A model generated the notes under the pieces. It saw nothing but the letters and a program-made list of their open reading frames with translations. It was not told the origin of the DNA and did no database searches. A stretch of DNA of 63,894 nucleotides from Rhynchobatus australiae (Eukaryota). This document shows positions 48,737 to 62,284 of the stretch, in pieces. Location: positions 27,235,877-27,299,770 of the forward strand of contig JAUZTB010000017.1 of assembly GCA_034780895.1 (NCBI GenBank), read 5' to 3'. Numbering within the stretch: position 1 is the first letter of the stretch; the number at the start of each line of letters is the position of its first letter. The translations under genes were made by a program, and so were the position numbers.

Positions 48737-49694
48737 GGCTGTATTCTAGGTGATCTGCCCAGCTGAAGCCTATGGGGGAAAATCACTGCCTTTGATGAGG
48801 TTTTCTGCAACTTGTCACACCATGTGGGAAAATCGTGGTGGGGCAAAGGGGAGAGGTAACAGAACGGTTCCTCCTTCCACCAACATAAAGGCATTTTGAT
48901 TTTTGTAACCAGTCATGTCATACTCCCTGAGCCTACTCTTTTCTGTGGAAGTCTGTTGACTAGAAATTCATACTCAGTTGTGTTAAACATATTGTATGGT
49001 AGCAAAGGCTACTATAAATAGGCAGAATTACATGGCACACTCAGTGCTGCTGACTGGGGATGAATTCTGGGCAATGCACCTGAATGTTTAAGGTGTTTAC
49101 AAACATTCAAAATAATTAAGGACTATTTAAGGTTGTTAAAATGTGCTAAAAACTTTTCAAGCATTTCAAGAGTATTTTCAAGAAAGTAAAGTACTTAAAA
49201 ATATTTTAAATCACCCAAGTGGTTTAAAGATCTGAATGAACAAATACTTACCTTAACCATCCCTGTCCACTGTAGTGAATAGTGAAGCAAATGAATGAAT
49301 GTGTCAGGTCTAGTCTAATGCAGGATCTTCACGTGGATTCCTCACCGTTAGTGTTGAGGGATCGCAGCAATGTCCTTGCTGAACTTGGGGGCTAGAGGTG
49401 TTGGGGGGGGAGGTGGAAGGTTGGCAGCATATGGGGAGGGCAGCAGAGTGCAGTCGGCCCTGAACTACTGTCAACAATTTTGGGACTTCCCCATGCGTCG
49501 AACTCCTGAAGGTGCTGACAGTTATATGGGAAAATGTTAGCAGTTTTTTCCCAGCATTATACTGTGAAATCCAGGGCAGTAATCCTATAGCTCCCAGATC
49601 TCTAGCAGAAGATGCTGTGCTGCTTTAGCTCATGCATTACTTAAAGTATAAGTGTAATTAATGTCAGGTGTTGCTGCTGAGCACAAAGTCTGGA

Positions 49695-50420
49695 TGCAGT
49701 GTTTGCTGTAGAACACAATCCAAAGATACTTCACTGGAGCAGTGTTAGAAACAGTCATTGAGGAAAAGAAAGAGACATTTGGATGTGTCACCAAAATCTT
49801 ACTCAGGTTGGTTGATATTAAGGATGTGGAGATGTCAGTGAAACATGTATGATTCTGAGGGGCCTTGATAGATAGATGCTGTGAGCATCCTTTTACTGAA
49901 AGGAAAGTCAAGAAATGGGAGGGCATAGTCAATGAATAATGGATTGAATATTTAGGATAGAGACGGGAAGAATTTCTTCTCTCAGTGGATGTGAAGTCAT
50001 TTAGTATATTCAAGGGAAATCTAAGTTGGAATAGTCAGTAAGGGAAAAGGTGTTTAGATCAGACATGATCTTATTTAATATTGGAGCAGGCTAAATAGTG
50101 GTCTACCCCTGGTGCTTTGCCCAACATTCTTATGTTCTTAGAGGTGGATACATTTAAGCATAGAATTCCAATGGGTGTTGGAATTGAGAAGGTTGATGGT
50201 GGCCAAAGAAACTGGAATATTTAAGAGACCAAAACTGAAGGAACTGAAGGAAGATAGAGAACTCAAATTGGAGAAGATTGGACCTACAGCAATAGGGAGG
50301 GGAAGGGAATTGAAAACAAAGGTGTAAGTATTAAAATCAATCCAGTCCTGGTGTGGAAAGCATGAAGGTGATGGGTGATCTTGGTAGCAACTTTCTGAAT
50401 GCAATAGCGAAGTTTAGAAT
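49695..50420 (-). mobile_element. decayed L2 LINE 3' fragment containing a CR1 3' fragment (about 49836-50140, + strand)
   Basis: tccaaagatacttcactggagc...gtcaccaaaatctt resumes as agaattccaatggg...gggaattgaaaacaaagg. The internal segment has CR1 motifs (gaaacatgtatgattctgaggggccttgatag, aatttcttctctcag, ttatgttctta). Confidence 0.5.
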
Positions 50421-51178
50421 ATGGAAGAGATGTACAGTCTTCAGCCAGTTTCTCAGCCCATGTTTCATTCCTGCACCAAATCCAAAAAAAATGTTTGCTG
50501 TGGGAACCAGTAAATTAGCTACTAGTAATTTTATTTTTAAGCACAATTTTTATGTCAAAATGTTTGCTTGAGAAAATATTGACCTTTCTCCTTGGGCATG
50601 CTTTTGCCTTTTGGCTTGCTCTCGCTGTCTCTGGATAATAGAAACTACTCTACATCATTTTATCTTGAAACTTCACAATGCAACTTTTGTGTTTCTGAAT
50701 TTAAAAAATGCCACTCTTTTGGCAATGCAACTGTTGCTTTCATTGATTGTCTAATACCCAGATAGTAGTCTTTTGCCTACCACTGACATTGCAATTATCT
50801 TAAGGCTATAACTTTAGTAAGGATTGAAAACATGTTTTAGAATGCCAGTAGATTTGTAGGCNNNNNNNNNNCTAAGCATGTAGTTTTAATTCAATCAAGG
50901 CTTCTCTAATTATACGTGAAAAGAACCATGAATTTAAAACAGAACTTCTGGAAAAAACGTGCACATGAATAAAGTCCTCCACACTTAAGTTTGAAGTTAG
51001 AAATTATAAAAACACACTCAGAATTTTTTCTCAAAGATAAAAATCTGTACATGTTTGTTTCACCTTGCTGATGAGGAATTCAGCTGAAGAGGACTCAAAC
51101 TTGGGGAGAAAAAAGGATTTATAAGAGTAGAGAATAGCAAAGTGTCTTTAAAAAAGAGTTGTATAGAGTGATATAAAA

Positions 51179-51211
51179 GAGAGAGAGACGTAGACAGAGA
51201 GAGAGAGAGAG
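51179..51211. repeat. imperfect (GA)n microsatellite
   Basis: Direct reading. Confidence 0.8.
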
Positions 51212-51439
51212 TCATAAGACCCTAAAAGAGAAAGGGACAAGGCTTTATTCAAGAGAATGGATTTTATAATCCAAAGGGCCAAAGGGGTGATCTGCATTTA
51301 TAGAAGAAACGAATATTTATCTCACATTAAGTCTAAGTTTTCAGAAGTGCTGGCTAATACAAAAGCTAAGTGTATCCCACTAGTTCCTTTGTTAGTGATA
51401 TCACCAGAACAATTTGTCAAATGGAAGTGTCTTCCTGCA

Positions 51440-51700
51440 TTAGCAACAGGAGTAGGCCTTTCAAATGCTCGAGGCTGTTCTGTCATTCATTTATATAATG
51501 GCTGTATATATTCATTCTAGTTCAATAGTCTTTGCCAACCTTGGCTTTTAATAAATGTCAGTTAGCCTCTGCATCCATTTGATGGAGGCTGTCCTATCTT
51601 CATACTACCCTCTATGTGAAGAATTATTTTATGACACCATCCTTGGAGAGCTTGGCTTTGCTCTTAAGGTCATACCCTCCTCTTTTTGTACTTTCTCAAA
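51440..51700 (-). mobile_element. decayed CR1-like LINE 3' end
   Basis: acaggagtaggcctttcaaatgctcgaggctgttctgtcattca and ctaccctctatgtgaagaatt mirror 31850-32080. Confidence 0.6.
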
Positions 51701-53389
51701 ATGGCATCAACAATGCCTCTGTTCGCTGATGTCTTTCGATCTGAACGCCAGAGGAGGTTGTTTCCATCTTTCCATGATCTTTGCTCCATGCCGCTGTGAA
51801 AAGAGCTGCTGATGCCTTCAAGAATTTATCACTTTATCCTGCTACCTCCTTTTTGTCTCTGGCCTTTCTTAATATTAAGCAATAAAGGTTTGTTGATGGA
51901 CCACATTACACCCCTCTGTTACTTACAGCTCTCAATTCATTCACCAGCCTCCTCCTCAGTGAGCACTATTCCAGGCCTCCTTATATGTACACCTCCTTCA
52001 CCTCATTTAATTCCTTTAAATCAAAAATCGCATCTTGAATTTCACTTCCCTGTGCTGACGATAGCAGGATTATTTGTCTGCCTTTGGTAACTGTCACTCA
52101 GTGATTGCTTTGATCTCCTTAATCTCCATACAGATTTGAATGCTGGAATTGGTACAGTGAGGTGACACACTGCCCTTTCACCTCCTGTCCAAATTGATGG
52201 CATGAAAGTCTCCTCTCTCATATTGACTCCTGTCCAGCTTTCCATCTACCTTTACAGGATCTGAGCTGTCAACATTAGACAAATATAAGTGTAGGATTAT
52301 CAATCTAAGGTCTCTGTGCCCGAGGCATTGACTCATGACAAGAATATAATTGTACTTAAATTCATCAAGCTGCATCTGTCAGATGGGGCTCAGAAAATCA
52401 GTACGTATCTGTCATTTTTATTCTCTTTTGCTTGTCCCTCCTCTTTTCACTTTCTTTCCTCTGTATCTCTGTGCAGTTTCTGCAGAGTGGTTGTGAGATT
52501 TACAGCTGCATCGTCCCTGATCACAGCTGGAAGATTGGGCTTTCTCATGGACATGAACCAAACTCAACATCTGCAGCTATAGAGGAAGCTCTTCACTAAG
52601 TTTGTTGGCTTTATTGTTTCCTTCAGGGCTTTCAGCAGTGATAGGAATTCTGGTCTGGGCCCACCTCCATGTCAGGAACTCCTTAACTACCCACAGAGTC
52701 AGTATCGAAAACAAGTTGTTTTGTGAAGCTGTGATATTAACATTTTGTCCAATAGTTGCATTCACTGCACCGCATATTCCATTGGGCAATGTGTGGTGAT
52801 GCATGTGAAACAAGAAGCATTGCAAAAGAAAATGCACAGAGCCAGCCCTTTTGCTAACGAGCAATGGAGCAAGTGATGAATAAATGGGAATGGCAGGCTG
52901 CAAATTGAGTGAGCGACAACTTGGCCTACCCAATGCTGGGAGGCCTGAGCCATTACTGGGTTTGTGCCTGGTTAAAATTCCGTAAGGGATATGCTGTTGG
53001 CTGGGCATGGGATTGACTCTTACTTAGTCCCAGAAGGTCCATGTTTAATTGGATTCTGGAGGTGGGATGGGCATGTGTTGAAAGGAGGTGAAGGGAAGAC
53101 ATTCAAGTAGACAGGGGACAGTTCACTCCTTCTAGCCAGACTATTTTGTGAACAACACTAGGATTATCATTAAAGCGCTCATGGGTAGGTGCAAATGCTC
53201 TGCCCACACACCTCCGATTTTTATCTGTTTGGTTTAAGCCCATAAACAGGAGTAGATCCCCAATTTACCTGTGGTAGTGGTAACATCTTTTACAGATAGT
53301 TGGTTGCTTATTCATTTGCAGATTGAAGTGAAAATTGTATTGGACAGTCTTGAGCATCATGTCCAAAAGGATCAAAGGTAATTTTCCAC

Positions 53390-55110
53390 CAAGTGTGAGC
53401 TAATCCAGTGTGCTTTGGGTACTGTAGTTCTGGAGTGCAGTTAGCATAGGTTGAGCAGTTTCCCATGAGTTTTGAAGATTAGCTCCATACCCGCAGGAAG
53501 TTTGTTGGAAGTGAGACGCAACAATATGGCAAGAAAGAGTGGGAAAAGTGTTGGGGCTATGACACAGCCTTGTTTGACACCATTCTTCACTGAGTTTGGT
53601 TCTGTGGTAGACCTGTTGGTTTATATCATGGCTGTACTGTCACAGAGCAAGCATAAGATGGAGTTATGGTCAGCCATGTTTGAGGAGGGTATTCTACAGT
53701 CCCTTCTGACTAATGAAGTTAAAGTCTCCAGTTAGTCATATAAGGCCATATATCGTGGCTGGTGCTCCTCACTGGATTTTTCTTAGAGTTGTCACACAGT
53801 GCCTTGAGATGGATGGAATCCACATTTTGATTTGGGGAACTGCTCTTCAGCCACTGGGAGGAAGCAGTTGAGGAGGACCCTGGCAATATCTTTCCTTATG
53901 ACAGGCAGCAGGGAGATCCTTCTGCAGTTACCAGCTTTGGACATCTCTTTTCTTGCAGATGGTTATGGTTTTGACATCTCAGTAGTCCCCAGTTGTGGAC
54001 GTTGAGATTGTGGATTTGTGACTGAAGCTTTTACAACTGAGTTTTTTTTTATTTCAGTAGGGATGCCATCTGCTCCCATAGCTTGTTATTTTTGAGTTGG
54101 GAAGTGGCCTCCTTGGTTATTTCGTTGATCAGGAGTGGCAGCAAGGGTGTCCCAAATTTGTTGCTGGGATATGACATCAAGGACACTTACATCGTGGACA
54201 GAGTCATGATTGAGAATGTCTTCAAAATGCTTCATCTGGGGACATTCTTGCAGTGGGAAAAGGTCTTGGGTGTTTGGGTCATAGCTGACTTTGACGGTGT
54301 TGAAGAGCCCATGCAGGTTGCTGAGTGTTTTGCCCTCTCTCCATTCACTGTCTGTCCTTTAGGCCATAGGTTTTCTCCTGTCTTCAGATAACTGGAGAGC
54401 TGTTTCTTTTCCCTTCACTGAAGGGTTAGCTTCCATTGCAGAAACAGAATACATTTGTGGTTGATTAGCTCCTTGATTTCCTTGTCATTCTCATCAAACC
54501 AGTCTGAGTTCTTTGAGGTAGAGAAGCCAAGAGTCTCCATACAGGTGCCTTCAGGGCAGCCCATAAACGGTCCAGTAGTCACCAGTACCTATCATGGCAT
54601 GGGTTACGTGAAGATTTATACAGTCCCTGGCTTGGAAGATGATGTAGCAGGTGCCAGTGCCCAGACTTGGGGTGTTGCAGTGATGTGATGTTCTGGACCT
54701 TTGTGATGAAACAGGATGCTCATTGTGATGGGGCTGTACTTTGATCGTTTTGTCAAGAGAAGGGCCTCACCAGAGGTAGCCTTCCCTGCTCCTTTCTTGT
54801 CAATCATACTTTGCCAGAGGGTTGTATCCCTTTCATTCCTGGTGTTGAAATGGCCCCAGGAGGATCATTTTTATTACTTTTGGGATACGGACTAGGATCT
54901 TTTCAGGCTTAAGTCTTCTTTGCCCCTCATCTGTAGCTTGCAATGTTAGGCCTTAAGAACTGAAGAATTTGGCATTTGGGTTTCTTTTTAGAATGGGTCA
55001 ATGGGTCATAAGGTGGTTGCTAATTCTGCAGGGGAGTTGCTGAGATGCCAGACTTACTCGTACTTGATGACAAATTATCTTTTGATCCCCTCTACCAACA
55101 TCTTGTTTCC
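53390..55110 (-). mobile_element. RTE-clade LINE internal fragment (endonuclease to RT)
   Basis: The minus strand encodes VKNGVKQGCVIAPTLF (about 53543-53590) and GNCRRISLLPVIRKDIARVLLNCFLPVAEE (about 53843-53933), plus a frameshifted ILLGxFN endonuclease relic near 54840-54867. Confidence 0.85.
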
Positions 55111-57739
55111 AGCTCTTGATGAAAAGAAGTTGAATGCTCCTGGACTCCACTGACCTTCTGACACCACTTACTGACCTGACCCTCAGGACTCTCTAAGGTC
55201 CTGAGGCCCAAGCCCCAACCATCTGACCACAACTCCCAAGGTAATGAAGCCCCTTCACTACCCATTCTTCCTCCCCCTGACCATCCAATCAGCCCATGCT
55301 CCTGACCCAATGAGTCACCCAAGGCCCTCTAACAATGGATTCAATCTCCAGCCTCATTCTGCTGCCACTGATGTGATCACCCTGACCCAGGGCTCTGATT
55401 CTCCCGTGGGTCTGCCCTCAGATTCAGGCAGCGTTTCTTCCATAATGGAAAAGTGCAACAATCTTTCGGCAGAACTCAAATCCTTGGGAGTGAAAGTTAC
55501 AGCAGGGTTGGGGTGGCCAAAAGAGTCATCAGCACCTTGTTGCAAACCCACCCAGTGACCCCATTTGGATCGAGTGAAATTTCTTGGCAATCCTCTCCTA
55601 GTTCTCAACTGTTCAGCCTCGCATCATTCCCCTGTCAGTCCTTCTCACAATTTTAATGAAAACTATCTCTTGTTCTTCTAAACTCCAGCAAGTTAAACCA
55701 AATCATTCTTGATTTCTAGATTTCTAGATTTGCCAGGCCATGGATGGTGAGGAGCTGACAGAATTATAATTTTAATAGCAGTCGAAGTTCCTCTTTCACA
55801 AAAGGAGCCTCTTTATGGGCCATTAAATATTTATTGTCTCTTTGACGTTAAATCAGCTGTTCCCAGTTCACACTGTGTAAATTAGCTGAACTCAATCACT
55901 GAGGCAGAGGGCTGGTGCTGCATGTGGAAATGAATCCCCTTTTGCCGATCACGCAGCTCCCCAGTCTCAATTTTCCAACCTAGTTTGTCTGTTTGTCCGA
56001 GCTGAGAAATCCTATTTGAGTAATTGACTCTTTGACGGTACGGAGCCTGAGCTATTTTCTGCAGCTTTACTCTTCAAGCAATTATCAAAGTAAAACACTG
56101 TAGTTGACTGTGAAGCTTGTGACATTTTATATAAGAGTGTGGTTAAAGTGGCTTGCTGAACATGTCAAATGTACTTATAGCCTCACTTTAATCTCTTTCA
56201 CATATGCGCACACATACACACACAGCATTCACAAATAACTTTCGTGGTTTAATGACAGTCTGTGGTGAAATCCTATTGGAATTGCAGTCCAGTGTGTCTG
56301 GAGCTTCTTTATAAATTCTGGAGAGAGGTTTGAGACAGTACAAGGGAGGAGAGGCATTTTGTGGTTATTGTGTTGTGGCTGCAACAATAGAACAATGAAA
56401 TGGAGATGGGTCAGGTGTTGACTGAGTGAGATGCTCTTGCTCCTCCATTGACCAGGAAATCGAGTGTCAAGCTCTATCAACCCATCTGCAGAGCCCCAGA
56501 AGATGGCAAAGTCTCAACATTCATCGTTGACGATTCTCCTGTAGTTTTCTGGGGGCTTTGAGGTTAGGCTGAGGCTTTGGATACCGCAGTTGCTGGGACT
56601 GGGGTGAGGTTGGTGGGATGGAAGTCAAGGAATGACCCTGAAGTGACAGTAGTTGATGGGCAGCCTCGTTCTTGGAGAAGAACGAGTGGTCTGACAACTG
56701 GGGTGGAGTGTGTGGGTTTCAATTGGGAAATATAATCATTGTCTCGCACTGTCCCCCGTGCAACCTCTTTCCTGGTTTAATAACAGAATTTTGACAGGTT
56801 TTCCACCACTTTTCTTCAAATACCAGGGTCTCTCCAACACCCTCATTGAACTGGCCTCGGACTGGTTGAAATGTGATTCTAAAGCAATGACACATAAACA
56901 GCAGCAAAGCCCCATTACTTCACAGCCAATAACCACTCAAACATATTTCCAGCAAGTGTTGCAGGACCCTGGTAATTTTCTCTTTCCCCAATCCAGCAAT
57001 GTTGGAATACTCCTACCACCATAACTTTTAATTCTCATGGCTGACCTTCTTTGGTCTCATTTGGGATGTAGGAAATGCTTGTAAGCCCTTGAGAATCAAT
57101 CTCCACCCCAACTTTAAACCTTTGCCTTTATGACTCTTTTGCCACTTCCAGGGTAAACTGTTTCAATGCTCATGCTCATATGCCCCCCTCCCTCCCCACT
57201 CCCCATTTTTCATTCAATGTAGTTTTACACCAGAAGACTCAGTTTTTCTGTTCCACACATTCCATTTCAACCATCACCTTACAGTTGTTGACTTACAGTG
57301 ACCTAAATGGCTGATATATAAAATTTTCATTCTTGTGTTTAATTCCTTTCATGGACAACAGAAAAGGAAGTTCCCTGGAGTGCCAAAGGTTCATGAGTCT
57401 TCTCCCACCTCCTTTGAAGATTACATTCACTTGGCTGTGTCCATGGAAGGTTGCAATACTAAAAGGATGACTTAAAAGTACTTAGAAGGACTCAGTATCC
57501 TCATTGAAAGTCGTTCCATGCCTGAGCAATGAAGGGAAGTATTGGAAGCAAATTCTATTGGCACCAGAAAAAGAGTTTGAAAGGAACTGTAGAATGTTAC
57601 AAATAGTGAAGGCTTTTGGCAAAAAAAAGTCATAGAAAAACAAGCAAAACTAAAAGACACCATTATAAAGTGAGGAATCAATATAAGTTCAGCATTGTTG
57701 CTGACTTGTGGAATAGACTGTTGCCTGGTTGAGCACCGA

Positions 57740-58860
57740 AAACAGAGTTACTTCAGTTTACAACTTAGCACAATAAAGGTTCTTCTGCTTTCCACTGATC
57801 TCCATGGCTTAGCACAAGCACCTGAGGCCTGTAGATGTGCTGATAGCCTTTTCTACTGATTCTCGGTCCTATTCGGGGTTAGACAGCACTGGTGTGCCAC
57901 CCTTAGCACAACCCCCCGCCTCAACCAAATCAGTAATGAGACAAGATCAGAAAATGAATTTTGCGAAGGAAGATGTTTCTAAAAAAAATCACTTGTCAGG
58001 TTCTCAAACCGATGGGCAGATCAGTTCAGCTGAATAGTCTTCAATTTGACAGAGTGATGACAAAATGATTTTCCCTGGGGAATTCCTAAATGATTACAGT
58101 GATCTTGGTGGAAGAATTCTGGAAAACTCAGAGAAGTGGCCTCAGTGCTGCATATCCCTATTCTCCATGGTTCTGGTGTATTTTCTACTGTGGTGTACAT
58201 GTGTACAGCACTTCCATGGTCCTCCTGTTGATCACACAACATGTTCATATCACTGGCCCTGCACTCTTCCCATTGGATGCACAACGTGTCCATGCGATTG
58301 GGCCCACCCTCACACTTCTGCTATCAGTCACCTGACATGTCCATTTTTCATGACACCATTTTCCTGCACCAATTGGACCAGGTCAGATAGTTCTCAACTA
58401 TCAGTAAATCAGCATTTTGTCTTACATGTGGTATTCTTATAAATAGAAAATAATGTTAAGCAAAACTTGAGGAGGAATAATATTTTTAATGCCCCGTGAT
58501 TTATTTTTAAGCAGGGTTGACAATCCTGTTTACGTTATCTTTCCCCAGCTGCTCCAACTCATAACAAGACCCAATCCCACCACTCTGATGTTAAGTTGGA
58601 GCAAGGCATCTAGAGTTTTTCTGTTCATACCCATTGACTGCCAGGTTTTTGTCTCCAGTTGCATTGTTGACTTGGTTGAGGAGAGAAGTTGCGGTGAGGG
58701 TGACTCTTAAGGAGGGCCTGGAATCAGCAGATAAGGCAAAATATGTAAGGACATCTATAGGCCTCAGAACCGACGCGTGTGCTGAGCCTTGGAGATCAGG
58801 AACTTAGGGCCATCAGTGGAAATCAGAAAAACCTTTGTGGCAAACTGTGGGGTGTTTTCA
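57740..58860. mobile_element. about 1.1-kb element with long imperfect inverted ends
   Basis: 57775-57870 and 58713-58836 are reverse-complement similar over several blocks (aaaggtt.ttctg.tttccactgat; ctcca.ggct.agcaca; ctgaggcct.tagatgt; gcctt.tct.ctgatt). Confidence 0.7.
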
Positions 58861-59110
58861 AAGTATGAAAAGTGGACTTGGTATACTCTTTCCAACCAGT
58901 TCCTGAGATCTTCACAGGTCATGTCATTTACCTAGGCTGGAAGTGATCCACAGCACCAAGTTTCATCTGCCACTCTTGTGAGTAGAAAAGGAAATCTTCA
59001 TGCTGCCAGATAAGCACAACAGGATAATAACTCTGTGCTGGCACAGGGAATCCCAGGGTATCAAAAAAACATTATCCATTTGAGGTAGCTAATGTTTTGT
59101 TAAGATTTGT

Positions 59111-59440
59111 GTGGCAGTCAGTGGCACTGACTCATATCTCCAGCGTTGTGGGTTTGATCCTGACCTCAGGTACTGTCTGTGTAAGAGTCTGCACATTCTC
59201 CTCATGACTGTGTGGGTTTCCTCCAGGTGCTCCGGTTTCCTCCCAGAGCCCAAGGTTGTGCTGGTAGGTTAAATAATAGGCAAATTATTTCCTTAGTGTA
59301 GGTAAGTGGAAAAAGAATCAAAGAGGATTGTGGGGGAGAGCAAGTCTCAGGGCAGATAAGGTGCGAGGAAATGAGACTGATTGCTCTGTTGGGAATTAGC
59401 ATGCACCCAATTGGCTGAATGTCCTCCTTCTGTGTAATTA
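59111..59440 (+). mobile_element. V-SINE (HE1-like)
   Basis: ggtttgatcctgacctcagg...catgactgtgtgggtttcctccaggtgctccggtttcctccca...ggctgaatgtcctccttctgtgt. Confidence 0.85.
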
Positions 59441-62284
59441 ATAAGTAAGGAAGTTGACAAATAGGGAGTAGCCCAAGATAGTTAACACTTGGCATGTGCA
59501 TGAAGGGTGGAAATGTTGATAACTGTGGGCTACCACAGTGAAAGTAAATGATCAAAACCATGTGTGTCAACAGCAACTATTTTCACTCAATGGATGTAAA
59601 CACATGGCTTATAGATTCATTTTCAGAACTGACTGATAAACATTGGTCTTGCTTAAATGATGGATAAGCTCCCTAAGGCCATGGAGGAAAGTTATTGAAA
59701 TGGTAAATGATAAGACCAAATTTTAAAATGCTAAAGCCAATCAATATCATGTTTGTGATTATCCTGAACATACACATCCATGTCTCATATTGAGAGTATG
59801 ATTAGGGAAGTGAATATAAGTGAATTAGAGTTCATTGTTGTGCCATGTAGAACACTGAGCAGAAGTGTGAACGAACGTTTTTGGTCTTCTGTGAAATTTG
59901 GCCACACTTACCTTTGCTGTTAGGCAGGGTTGACTGAAATTGTTAACTGTGTAATTCGCATATTATGTATGACAACTATGCAACTTGCCAAAATGAAAGT
60001 GTCATCTCTCGCCCTGTTACTTGGACTAGTAACAGCGCAGCAGGTGCTTTGGCTGCTTATTCACAAGTCGGTGCTTGAAATGACACTTATCCCAGCAAGA
60101 AACTTAATTTTCACATGCGTAAATTGGAACCAGAAGATGCAAATAATTCTGTTCTTTGCTTTGTGTATCAGCAGCACACATACAGTGCAAATGAAGCAGA
60201 GGGCAGGGGGCAAACTCAACATTTAAAGTTTAAACCTATATATGAAGCTTCTAAAACAAGTTAATTTTGCACCTTTTGTTCATGACATTTCAGTGAATGA
60301 ATCTACCACAGCATTTATCCCGAGTTCTTCATGTGGGTCCATATGTGCTTCGTTAGAGCCTCACTGACATCACAACCTTCAACCACTCTGTCTTTCTGTT
60401 TGAATTATTTGAACACCCCCTGATACCTTTGCAGGCAGGATTATTTGCTCTGATTCAGCACATGATTACTGTATAAATTGTATCCAGTAAGTAGTATTTG
60501 CATTAGCAAAATATTTATTGTTGGGGACAGTTTAATCAAAAGTAGCCAATATAGAGGCAGGAGCTGCTATAGGGTTGGCACCATGGCTAGTATAGTTTGG
60601 ATGTATTAGCAGGAATGAAACATGTCTCATGGGCAAAAGGTTCATGCCTCTCCAGCTTGACCCTGCCATGGTGCCTTTTGCAAGGATGGGATTTTTTTTA
60701 AGGTTACGATAATCTTTGAATGCAGAATTTGTTGCCTTTGCATTAGTTGTTTGATTTGGGACTTAGTCAAAGCTCTGTTCAGATTCAACCTCCAATAAGG
60801 ATGTGCATGACTGAAGGAGGATTGAAGTGCATAGACTGAATATCAGTGTAAGATACAAATATGATTTTCGGCCAATGAAACAAAAACAGTCTTGTATATT
60901 GATTATCTACAAAGGTTATCTTCACTTGGTTTTTAAATACAGTAATGTGATCACAGCAGAGGTCTACAATCTTCAATAAAGATTCATTAGTGATGTTTCA
61001 TGCTGACGGCAGAATAGTCATGTTTGAATTGAATGATCTCAATGGTGAGGTGGTGGGGAGGTTAAAATGCAAATATCTAGATCCAAGGAGGCAGCTTGTG
61101 CATGTAGCAAGTTTACTGAATGGACAATTACTGTTGTGAACTATGCAGTACCAATTATATCAGTGGGCATTACTTGTGAGCTCCTTCAAGCAGTGTCGGG
61201 GAGCACAAAAACAGCAAGTATTATTGTGGAACAAGCATCTGAATAAAGCAATACAATGGAAATAATTTAAACCGGGGCTCAATGAGCATTACAGACTCTT
61301 TCATATTTTAGTCACATCATCTGAGCCCATGATGAGAGTATTGGAGTGTAAATATTTCCAGGTAGCCACCATGCTCCGTATAACTGCAACTTTCAAAGTT
61401 GGCAAGCAGCATTACAGCTGTCAAAATCATTGGATATGATTTAAATGATCAAAGAGTTTTGATACAGATGACAAACCTATTTAAACATGGACCATGCTCA
61501 ATTTGAGGAGTGCAAAAATGAAAAATAGATCACATTTTTAAGTAGCCTGAGTGAATTTGACCAAATGCAGGTGATCCTTGATATTTGATGAGAAATGAAT
61601 CCTTACAAATCTCACTTTCCTTTGCTCAGAGGCTTGGTTACTTTGGATCTCCTTGGAAATACAAATACCAGTGTATACCAGGTTAATTGCCACAATGGCA
61701 TTGCATTCTTCACTCTCTGGCAATGATTTGGAAAAGTTTTCCTGGACAGTTATTCCAGGAATTAATATCACCATTGAAGCCTCAAATACCTTCACTTAAA
61801 ATTCCAGCTGTGAATTGTGCTGATGATGAATATGTGTGAATCATGTGAAGAATAACTAGTGAAATACAACTTATTGAGTGACTATTTCAGCCAATGTACA
61901 ATAGTACCTTGAGTTTTTCTATTACAACTAATCATCCATTTATGTTTCACACCCAAGTTTTTTTAAATCTGTGATTTGATCTATGAGACAAATTTCTTCA
62001 GGAATAGATGATATCCATTCTGCAGGATCAGGATTAATAAGGAGGATTTGGATTAATAGTTGTATACTACGGAATATTTTGCTATCAATGATTTTTCTCA
62101 TGAAACACAAGCACCATCATTTCACTTGGTGACTACCCAAATGATATTGCTGGTGTGCGCAGGTCATCTAAGTACCTTAATTCAACCTGTATTTGTCCAG
62201 AAAGACTACATTTGAAAAGAACAATTTAGAAATAAATGTTCACATGTATAGATTTACCTAGCATAAAATGATTAAACTTTACAT

